Positions 11,739-22,150 of a stretch of DNA of 64,000 nt are shown here, piece by piece. Numbering within the stretch: position 1 is the first letter of the stretch; each line of letters opens with the position of its first letter. The stretch comes from Coniocarpon cinnabarinum. Lineage: Eukaryota. Under the pieces are notes generated by a model. The model made no database searches. It was not told the DNA's origin and saw only the letters and a program-made list of their open reading frames with translations. The stretch spans positions 1 to 64,000 of the forward strand of contig JAVECO010000052.1 in NCBI GenBank assembly GCA_051942205.1, given 5' to 3'. The position numbers were made by a program, and so were the translations under genes.

Positions 11739-13980
11739 ATGTCGCCACGCTTCTCTTTCCTGTCCCTACTCTCCTTCTTTCTCACGCTGTTCCTTGCGCG
11801 GGAGAGTCAAGCACTCACACTCACCTCCACCAAAAGTCTGCATTCCTTCCATCCACCGGGTCGTTTTGCAATCACCGCCAATCCCTTGCAAAACAGCACC
11901 TTTCAGCAGAACATTGATCATAACGCGACAGATTTGGGAACGTTTAGTCAATTTTATTATTTTAATGATGAGTTTTGGGCTCCGGGGGGACCGGTTGTCT
12001 TATTCACGCCGGGGGAAGTGGATGCGGTGGGGTATGGGAGTTATGCTAGTAAGTCTTTTTTTGGTCCAGGGTTTTGCCTGGTTCGTGTTTGTGTTTGGTT
12101 CTGGGAAATGAAAAATGAGATCCTGTGAAGACGAACTAGAGGAATGGGATAGAGTTGGCGGACAGTCGGCTGTGCTGAGGACAGACCTGGTATATGAGTG
12201 GGATGGCTGATCGGTCGAGTAATATGCGGCCTGAAGATATGCTCAGTGGCCGTTGATGGGCCATCGGCGAGCCGAGTGAGCTTCGTCAGATGTCCAGCGT
12301 TGCGGACTACGCGTGGCTACCTGTACATTCAACCAAGAGAGCCAGTGAAGCATATAAGACGTGCATGACTGTCGTAAGATGCGCAGATGTATTGAAGACT
12401 TAGCTGACCATCGTAGCAACCAACAGGACCACTGGCGTCATCGCTGAACGCCTCGGCGCAGCTGTCATTGTTCTGGAGCACCGCTACTGGGGCATGTCCT
12501 CGCCCTATCCAGAGTTAACAACATCAAATCTGCGCTACCTCACGCTCCAAAACTCCATCACGGATCTCACGCATTTCGCCGAGACGGCGGACCTACCCTT
12601 CGATCCGCTCGGCTCCAGCAAGCCTGACAAGGCGCCTTGGATCCTCATGGGTGCATCCTACAGTGGTGCGCTTGCCGCTTGGACCGCCGCCAAAGCACCA
12701 GGCACATTCTGGGCGTACATTGCCAGTTCCGCGCCAGTGGAGGCTGTGTACGACTATTGGGGTTACTTCGAGCCTGTACAACTGGGCATGCCGGCGAATT
12801 GCTCCAAAGACGTAAGTCTGGTGATTGATCATATCGATGATGTGTTTGAAAATGGAACGGCGGCCGATCAGGAAGGATTGAAGGAGATGTTTGGATTGGG
12901 CGGTTTGGAGCATAATGATGATTTTGGAGCCGCGCTAGAATGGGCGCCGTGGTTGTGGCAGAGCAATCAGTTCTACGTGGACGGTGGGTTTTCCGAGTGG
13001 TGTGATGCTGTTGAGGGTGTGAGCAATAGCACTACTGCAGATGAAATACCTGGGGCTGAGGGTGTGGGTTTGGACACTGCATTGGCGGGTTATGCGTCGG
13101 TGAGTAAACATGCTTGTCCGTTACCTCGACGTCGTTCGTGGCTGTCGACCGCCGCCGAAGAAATCTACGGTGTTCCACTGCTGACTCAAGGTTACACAGT
13201 GGATGAATGAAACACTGCTCCCAGACTTCTGCGCGAGCTCGTATGGATACACAAATGACTCAACGGACATCTCGTGCTTTGATACTTACAACACCTCCAA
13301 TCCGCTGTTCACGGATAAGACACTTCAAAATACTGCGGACCGTCAATGGCAATGGTGAGTGCTGGAGGTTCCGCTCAATAGCAGGCGATAGACAATCTAA
13401 TCTCCTTAGGATGTTATGCAATGAACCGTTTGGGTACTGGCAAGACGGTGCTCCTGCGGGACGACCAAGCTTGGTTTCAAGGCTGGTGGTAAGTTCTTGA
13501 GGAACATAGCATTGCCTCTTTAATGCTGAATATCGTTCAGACTGGCCAGTACTGGCAACGCCAATGCAGTAACTTCTTCCAGCCGTGAGTGCACCTATCA
13601 AAGTTCTCCTCGCTGCAGGAGCTTTTGCTGATGAAAAATCCAGCGCACCCGATGGCTTCACCTTTGGCTATGACCGCGGCTTGACTGAGGACGACGAGAA
13701 CGCATATACAGGGGGCTGGGACATCACGAACACCACGCGATTGATCTACACCAATGGTGAATACGATCCCTGGCGAACAGCAGGAGTCAGCAGCGATCTG
13801 AGGCCTGCCGGACCGCTGGCCAGCACTGAGCAAGTGCCTGTCAATGTCGTTCCAGGCGGCTTCCACGGGTCTGACATGGTCACGCGGAATGGCGATGTTA
13901 ATGTCGGAGCAAAAGCAGTGATTGATAAAGAGGTGCAGCAGATTGTTGATTGGGTAGCCGAGTTTACTCCGACATCTTGA
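11739..13980 (+). CDS. Secreted serine peptidase, family S28 (prolyl carboxy/endopeptidase-like), multi-intron
   Basis: Signal peptide, then FQQNIDH...GTFSQFY...GGPVVLFTPGE, VLEHRYWG, nucleophile elbow WILMGASYSGALAAW, ASSAPV, LCNEPFGYWQ, TNGEYDPWR and GGFHGSD. Several GT-AG introns. Confidence 0.9.
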
Positions 13981-14442
13981 TTGCGGTCGAGAGAGGCTGG
14001 CTAGATTTTGAGCGTGATATACAATGCTGCCTCAATAGTTCTGGCTTGAATTTGGACCGAGGCAACGCACCATGGGCCTGATTCGTTGTCATATACGGCG
14101 CAATATCTTCACTAGCGTCGTGGACTCCGTCAATCTAAATTGGCAGATCACGAACACCACTAACGTGGCGGCGGCAGGGTGATATGTCAAACAAGGCTCG
14201 CTGTGAGTACGCAGTGAACATGGTGGTAAGATTATCTGCTACAAGCAACACATCCACAAGGACGTGACAGGACCTTTTGTCAGGGCGTGAGAAGTGGTCG
14301 CTTAAAGCGTTGCTCAATTATAATTCTGAGGCGAAGGTTTGTCACACGGAGATGCTCCGAAGATAAGAGCACGTGATTAGACTGATTGCTTGGCGCCAAG
14401 AATTGGCATTATCCGAGATTGATCCTCAAAGAAATCTTCCTC

Positions 14443-16010
14443 TCATCCTGCTGAATGATCTGAAATTTCATTCTTTTGCCTGGGTTCGCCAATACCTAGC
14501 GAAATGAGTCCAAGTATTGAGAACAGAATCGGTGTCAAGTCGGCAAAAGAAAGCTTTCGAAAATTTTGAATCGAACCCTCCACAGTCGTTGCCAGAATGA
14601 TCCTCCTGATTGCGTCCGAAGTGCTCTGCAGCTTCTCCAAATAGTCAATCGCGTCTGTTTCCATGGCGTACAGATCGACTTCATGGATGGATATCCAGCG
14701 AGGTGCAAGTGCCTCCCGTAACTCATCTGAGTCTATGCCAACCGACTCTATCTGCTCTATGAATATGAGTCCTGTCTGGCTGCTGGACTTCATCACTTCA
14801 AGTGCTCGCGGACGACGCGCATAGTCATAGGTCTCAAAAGCTTTAGGAAGATCTGAAGCTTTGTTGACCTGCCTGAGCAGGCTCTGAAGAATGGATGCGT
14901 CCTCAACAGCTTGTTCAGCGCCGGATGCTTGCCATGGCGTCATTGCATGCGCTGCATCGCAACGACGCAGATGTCTCCGTTCCATAATGTTGGCGTATCT
15001 ATGTATCCGCACTGGGAGAACATAGTGGGCTCGTCAATCTCGAGCAAAAGCTGAGCCAGTCTTATCAGTGGCACAGACCTCACCGGCGAGATCTTACGAC
15101 TCACCTTTGTCAGCTGAGGCCCGATGAACCAGTCGCCGAATTTTGACTGCAGCTCGCCCTTATCCAGAGGTTTGCTCCGCTATCGAGTGCCCCAGTCACG
15201 CTCATCACGCACAGCGGCAATGCAGCGCAATGTCTCACCATTGTCGTTGATGTCGTGTAGCAAGAACCCAAAATCGCTCACTCATGTATGCTGCCTGAGC
15301 ACCTTTGGGTCTACGTGTTGAGATCCAATTCTTGATGTGCTCTTTTGAAATTCGCACCAGGTTGCGACATTCCCATCAACCTGCATATACAGGTTTTGTT
15401 GCTAGATTATCCTCTCCAAGCATTACTCCTTTCACATAATCAGAGATGCCATCTGTCGAAAGCCATCGTTGGAGTACAAGGTGAGATGCTCAGATTTGCT
15501 GGCAGGGCTTGGAATTGGCTTGACTACGCGCAAGAGCTTTTTGTTCACATGCATAATGGATTCAGGTACGTCCTTGGGTAGCTCTGAAGAGAAAGTGACC
15601 GCGGTGCACGATAACCTCACTTGGATTCCTGTCGATACCGGTCCATGTAGAATTGTCAACTACAACTCTCACTGCTTCGTTGCTAGATCCCTCAAGTTGA
15701 TCCAGTACGTATCCGTCAAGTTAAGTGTATCCTGCCCTTGGTATCTCCGGCTTGCAATGAGAGTTTTGATAGCGTCTGAGTATACACCGCCAGCCTCATC
15801 CCAGGTCCTCCGTCACTCGATGTCATTGATATCCAAAGCACGCAGTGCGCTGTTCGTCAGCCCTGGTGTTTCCCCTTGTTCTCTAAAGCTAGGAGCTGAT
15901 CCATACCTTAGGACATCGACTTGAGGTGTGGTGAGCAAACTCCTTGCCATTTTCGCTCCAGCAAAGCCATCTCGGTTGACAATAATGCGTGGGCAACGTG
16001 TAGATGTCAC
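14443..16010 (-). pseudogene. Degenerate FAD-dependent (salicylate hydroxylase-like) monooxygenase
   Basis: The C-terminal fragment DAAHAMTPWQASGAEQAVEDA...YDYARRPRA is a GD motif of class A flavoprotein monooxygenases. The N-terminal Rossmann motif has decayed (IIVNRDGFAG instead of GxGxxG), and the frame is broken by stops and frameshifts. Confidence 0.75.
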
Positions 16011-16066
16011 AGTTCTTAGTCTGCCATCTACACATTCTGGATGAGTGCAAAGTCTTCATCATTTCA

Positions 16067-17575
16067 CTAGAATGACTGTCTAGAATGGCCTGCCTCTACG
16101 TCTGCCATCTCGTATGGCGATCTTTGCGGCAAAAGTTGCTGGTCGTTAGCATCCTTTGTGGCTCTGGTCAGATGCACATGACTTGAGGAGGGATATTCGT
16201 CGGATGTGTCGTCGTTGTGGCTCGGAGATTTTGATGGACCATTTGGGTGCACCCCTGTTTTACTGCTACCTATGCGACGACGAGCGGGAGCAATTAATAG
16301 AGCCCGCACACTGGATGACGCGCCCAAAAACACATCCTCGAAAAGCGGTTTCAGCGTGGGCAGGCTACAAAGTACCATGCCCGTGCCAATCTCGACGTAA
16401 GTCCAAAATTCATACACCGCGATGACCTCTGCAGAAATCGTCAGTAAACCATTGAACTTATTCAAACGATACGGACTTACGAATCGTGTTGGTGGTGCCT
16501 GAGAGACCGAAGATTCGAGCATCGCTGCCAAGCTCTGCTAGCAATCAGCATCATCTGCGATACGGTGATGGACTAGCTTACTATAATAGCGTATACGTAT
16601 CAGGACGTACATGCGCATGGCGCCCGCAAAAATTGCGCTGCAGTGTATTAGACACCGCAACGAAATACTCAAGGCTTGATCTGACCGCAGAGGATACCTG
16701 TTACTTACAAGCTTGCCAGAACGAAGATCGCCATAACTGTCAGTCGTTTTCTTAGACTCATCTGCAACTTCCAAACCTACCCCGGGCATCCTGTTAGTCT
16801 CCCTTGCTTTGAAGGGACCTCGTTGAAGACCTATCCAGAACAATGGAATCAGCATTACAGCCCAGTCAAGAATGAATTCTGAGATGGCCATTGCGGCAAA
16901 AAATGCGACAGTATTATCACAGTAGCCAAGGTCTGCAGTACTGCCCCAATTCGCCCAGAACTTGGCACCACACGCGAAGATGGTCCCGAACAGAAACGCT
17001 ACCGTCCACGCGGCGGTGATGCATATGGTGGCCCAGTTCACGAGGTTGAAAAGCTTGCCCGTAAATATCCGTCGGTAAAAGAACATTAACGAGAGCTTGA
17101 TGAATCCAATCGCAAGAGTCTGCATCAAGTTGAACGTGAATTCAACCTGACGAAGACGCGCAAGTTAGCGTCCGAGTTAAGCGGAGGCGCATAATTTCGT
17201 ACTTTTTCGAATAAGACCTGTTGCGGCTGGAGTTCTTCAAGCGTATGCCTTTGCGGGTATCCAATGACCTTCCTCGCAGAGCCTTTGAGAGCACAACCCT
17301 ATTAGCCGAGTCCGCTGACAAGAAAGATAGGAAGTTACCGTATATCATTAAGGCGCCACAACCAATGACAAGGACCTAAATATTTTCAGCTCGAAAGCTT
17401 CAAACAATGCGCTGAGTCTGCTCACAAGTGCAGATGCACAAAGGATGTCATCAACGCCAATTGACATCTTGCGCTTGAGGCGAACATAGTACCGAGCTGT
17501 GGTTGTGAGGGTCCCCAAAAGAGGAAAAAGAACACCTATTGCTATAACGCTGCCTCCGTTGACGTAATACATCAT
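16067..17575 (-). CDS. PTH11-like / fungal rhodopsin-domain integral membrane protein (no CFEM domain seen), multi-intron
   Basis: TTTARYYVRLKRKMSIGVDD, LAIGFIKLSLMFFYRRIF, FACG...W, ILDWAVMLIPLFWI and WTYVEIGTGMVLCSLPTLKPL are family-typical motifs spread across exons. Confidence 0.85.
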
Positions 17576-18537
17576 AAACTATAGGGTTGGAAGAAAACAC
17601 GAATCAATGCGACAATGTCAGACGCTCTTCCCGTAGAGAAAGCACTCCACAGCAATGCACTGACGCCGAGAGTATTCAAGCGTCTCTCCACAGCTGTTTG
17701 CAGAGTATGGCGGGGACCACTCTTATCAGCTAGGAGATCACGGCACGAAGCATGTCAGCGTTGCATGTCTGGTTGCCTACATGCTTCGCCGCAAAAGCGA
17801 CGTAGGCATCAGTTCGCACGCCTCGGCTCTGGGATGGTGCTCATTATCTGCAGCTCGAGAGCCCATCTATCAGCCTTACCGACAGGCCCATCACAGCGAG
17901 AATGCTTACATGAGGCATCGGTCTGTGCTCCGATTCGATATTGACTATCTGCAGACACGGCAGGGCTCATTGCAATCCTTGTGTTTCGTAGTCAACAGCG
18001 GCAAGGCGGGCATGAAGATCAGGCCTTCTTGGCACGTGTGGAGTCTTGCTGCAGGGATGCCCATGCTGCTTTTCAGCTCTCCTGTGCGGCTGCTTTGGAG
18101 GACCATGTAATCCGTGCAAGCGACCCGCCTTTGCATTGACTTGGTGCTCAGAGTCGACCATCAATCGTATGCATCCACTTGCGCTGCCCATTCCGCGGAA
18201 TCTGCAAGTTGGGGAGCACGTCTTCGTCTCTGTACACTTACCTTTGTAACATAGGAAAACGTCTGCTATCTGGCAGCTAGCGTTCATATTGAAAGGCTTT
18301 AAACAGAATGCGGCTATAATCTTGTAGACTGATGGCTTACAGATCTCTCAATAGCTGGTGCTACTTAGGGAGATATCAAGACAGGTGTTTGTGGATCTCA
18401 TCGCGACGTGGCTACAGACTTGAGAATTATTCCCAGGCCAGCCATGGCCTTCGGAATAACACGAGTACGCGCAACATTAGACTCACTCTTCAAGGATAAT
18501 ACTAGGCGATATTCATTGATATCTTTGAACAAGCAGT

Positions 18538-19444
18538 TCAAGGCAGCAACCCGTCGTCCCTTTTCCCTGTGCAGTTAATGAAGTGTGTAGACCAGCCCAC
18601 CTTGTTGTGATGGCCACGATATTCCGGATCATGATCAAGCCTGCTATAGCACGCTGAGTGCTCACCAGCCCATTCTCTGAGCGCAGTCCAACTACGACAC
18701 TGCCTTGGCTGCCCTTGACCGAGGGTCTCAGGGTTGCCACTGGTTGCTAATGGTGTTGCATCCGCATAGCACATGAATGACTGCGGACATCGTTAATCGT
18801 ATCTTTGGATGTTTGATACTCATAGACTGGCCTGTTTCAAGGCATCGAAGCAATGCCAGGTATGTTTGACGCTTTCGACATCAGTGACACCATCCATACT
18901 GGCACGCAGCGCCTGACGAATCATCTTCAAACAATGGATTTGATGGTAGGCCTCGATCAGATAGACACTCTTTCTTGGGTCAGATGGCAGAGACAAAGAG
19001 TGTGCCCAGCCATGCAACGTGGCCCACTCATGATCAATCGCAACAACGGCAAAGTTATCGTCGAAAGCATCCCAGACTGCATCAGTTGCATTCAGATCGT
19101 CTCCACTGTATGCTGTCTTGCCTTGGTAGTAGCCTGTCTTTTGAGGAAGGTATACAGGTCCGTCTAGCTGACGCTGAGCAGCTTCGTTGCCAACATGGAA
19201 TTTGGAACTTACATTCACCGCTGCTTGTTGAGGCGTCAAAGGCTTTCTCGCAGCTTTCGCTTGCTGATCGGTATGTAAGGCCATTTCTCACAATAAATAT
19301 TGTTAGAATAGCGACAAAAAAGCAGAGACGATAAAATAATGAGGATGCTTGTTGAGGTTGCGCTACATGGAGTCCCTTCTCATGGTTCTCGGTAGAGATA
19401 TGCTCATCACTATAAAGAGGCTGCTGCTCGCACTCGTCTTTCAT
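18538..19444 (-). CDS. UstYa-like / DUF3328 oxidase, copy A
   Basis: Exons 19444-19213, 19163-18832 and 18780-18538. N-terminal TM anchor, DAVWD, two HxxHC motifs (AYHQIHCL, HTWHCFDALKQ), MCYADATP and RQCRSW. The second intron has a GC donor. Confidence 0.92.
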
Positions 19445-20276
19445 GGTTGTATGAGGATAATTATGATGATTCTAGCAGAAAGATAATGCTGACCGTCTTC
19501 AAAGAGGATCCAAAGGCTTCTAGAAAAGTAGTCATACGTCTCTCTATTGAGCTCTTCTTGAGGTACGTACGGTACATTATTCCAGCCCTGGATACTGGAG
19601 CTGCTCCTGCGGGCTGCAAGCATGCGGCAACCCATGTCAGCGAGGCGTCACATGCGCAATGAGCTCAACCTCATGCGTGTGGACCACTCGACCTCGGCCA
19701 ATATGTCTCGTTTGCCTCGCACAACCACGGTGTACACATGGATGCTGTGCAATAAGACGCCTCATAGCTATCCCTGTGTCTGCATTACTTTTCGCGCTTA
19801 GTCGTGCCATGGGGATCAAATTTGCCTTCTATATCTGCATGGAATGATTTGCCTGATCACCTCAGTCGCACCATATGCGGCCATCACACAGGGGGACCAC
19901 ACCGCCCATCTCGAGTGATCGACCGTTCAGCAGTTTGCAGCATCCTCGGAACAGCGCGGTTACCGTCGTCATGGTAAAGCCGCAGTGTCGCGGCGTTCTA
20001 GCTGTTGATAGACGGTCAACATGCATGAAGCTTTCCCTGTGGTGGAGCACTTCATGTTCACAGGACCGATGATTTCTCTCATTGAGGTTGGCTCTGCTTG
20101 TGTGCTGTCAGCCAAAGTCATGATATATGAAAGGTCTGTTAGCACCTCATGCTGTGGAGAGGTTTTCAATTCAAATTGCAGCACAGTCTGTATTCGTCTC
20201 TTCCGCAGTGGGAACAAACGCTTGTCACAACTCTTTGTTCCTTCTCCCAGACTCGCTTCATCTTAGCAGCTTCAAC

Positions 20277-20762
20277 ATGAGGTTCCTTCCTATCTTGCCA
20301 CTCGTGCTTGCCGCACAAGCCATTGCGATCCCGATCGAGAGCAAGGATGCCTGTGCACCGGATGGCACCTGCGATGCCGCTCGAAGCGATGTCAAACCCG
20401 CCTCTGAAGTAAGCGCACATCAGCTTCGACATTTCTAGTGGCGTTAAGACATCAAGACTTACATCCTGTAGAATGTCCAAGGCACCGACGTTCCAGCAGC
20501 GGTCTTTCGTAGCAAACGAGATGGAGAGGCCGAGGCCTTGGCAGAGCCTGATGTCCCAGCAGCTATCTTCAAAGTCAAACGAGACAGCAGGGCTGCCGAA
20601 CAGACTGAGCCTGATGTCCCCACCGGACTTTCCAAGAGTAAACGAGAGGGCAAAGCCGACGCCGACGCTGAGCCTGTTATTCCAGCTACTATTTTTAGAG
20701 GCAAGCGGGGTGACGAAGCTAAGGCCGATGTAGACTCAGATGTGCCAGCCAGTGTCTTTTGA
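20277..20762 (+). CDS. Secreted Kex2-processed repeat peptide precursor A (putative RiPP precursor), 140 aa
   Basis: Exons 20277-20408 and 20472-20762 (intron GTAAGC...TGTAG). Signal peptide MRFLPILPLVLAAQAIA, then five cores spaced 21 aa (63 nt) apart and separated by (R/K)xKR. The last core ends at the stop codon. Confidence 0.9.
20487..20759 (+). repeat. Coding tandem repeat, 63-bp period, five peptide cores
   Basis: Cores start at 20487, 20550, 20613, 20676 and 20739: DVPAAVF, DVPAAIF, DVPTGLS, VIPATIF and DVPASVF. Confidence 0.9.
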
Positions 20763-21346
20763 GGTACGCGTGGTCTCAAAGGCCTGATGAGTTGGAAAGC
20801 TGCAAAGTCATTGCAGATTTTGCAAGCAATCAATCGTAGGGATCGAGATGAGCACGGATACGCTCGTTTTACATGTCTCGTTTGCTGCCACTCGTTCATT
20901 TATAGCTTCGTGGAACTATTCGAAAGGAAAAAAAGTCCCTTTTAGATACCGAAGCCTACGAGCCTCTCAATGGTGACATTGCCTATTCCTTTCGAAAGCA
21001 CCTTCAGCGTATGTGATTTACGATAAGAGTAAACATGTTCCACGATCTTGACTGTTGATTCCTTGTCGACTCCAGAGGCAACCTGTCCATCAGTCAGTGG
21101 CTACTCTTAGATCAGTGTCAGTCCAAACACGCACCTCTTAGCTACTAAGCTGGTGACATATGAGAATTACCGCTCCATACGTCGCTCATTGGCCTCACTT
21201 CACCGGTTTGCCCAGCGTATCGTACTAATGAGTCTGATATGCTCATAACGTGGACAATCATTTGCGTGCTTGTATGTAGCATAGGCGATTATCAATTGCT
21301 GTTGAGTTGTTATTCATAGTATCAGGCATCCAGCATAGAGGTATGT

Positions 21347-22150
21347 ATGCAATCGGAGCTCACACCCCCGTATGCAGCAATGCTTGTTCTATCCACCTTC
21401 GATCTGGCTGTGCGATACTGGTCCGACTGGGTTCAGCCAGAGCGTCGATCTGGTTTGGACGATGCTTTTGCGATCCTGACGTTGGTCAGCCTCCCCTTAA
21501 ACGTGGATTCCTCTCGAATGAATCTCCCTCGGACTGACGAATGCTCAGCCTCGCATAATTCTCAAGAATAGTCTTACTCTTCGGCGGATCTGTTCAGATT
21601 TGAGAAGGCAAGGAGGTGCTATTTCCGCTGGAAACCGTGTGATGTCTATAATACCTACAAAGGAGGTCTTCAGCTCGGCTCTTACAAATAATGCGACCAT
21701 CTCACTCCTCAAGTTCTCGGCGTTGTTCTTCTACGACCGCGTTTTCGGTCACAACACACCCACGTTTCTCTATTGTACTATGGATTGTTGAAAAATGAAA
21801 ATTGGATGGCTTCTGATAACTTGGCTCACTACGATCTTGCAATTTAGCACGACTAAAGCGGCCCTTGATGTGAAAATACATGAGAAATGTCTCTTTCAAA
21901 GGCGTTGGCTTCCGGGAAAGGCTGCAACCAGCACGGTGATAGATATATTCATTCTAAAAAAGCTTCTCGTCAATCTTAATTAACAGCAAATTCCAATTGG
22001 ACAAGAATGGTACTTTTGTGCATCTTTGTCTGTGAATATAAGTGAGGTTCCTTTGCCGACTCCTCACCGCACTTACTCACAACTACAGTAAAATTGTTGT
22101 ATCCAATGGACGACTGACTGTACTTTCCAAGACTGCAATCAGTCTGGAAA
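21347..22150 (+). pseudogene. Decayed second PTH11-like/rhodopsin-domain membrane protein gene (3' boundary approximate)
   Basis: Fragments LAVRYWS...SGLDDAFAILTL, TISLLKFSALFFYDRVFG and STVIDIFIL fall in different frames with intervening stops. Confidence 0.65.

Noticed and set aside
17967..18287. Cys-rich short ORFs on both strands between the PTH11-like gene and DUF3328 copy A
   Set aside because: No signal peptide, no KR sites and no core similarity, so no support for a further precursor or effector.
20277..20762. Reading precursor A as an alpha-type mating pheromone precursor (KR plus EA/DA spacers)
   Set aside because: The cores lack the Trp/Cys and GQPC-like pattern of Pezizomycotina alpha pheromones, differ from each other, and sit among DUF3328 genes. 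A RiPP/KEP precursor fits better.
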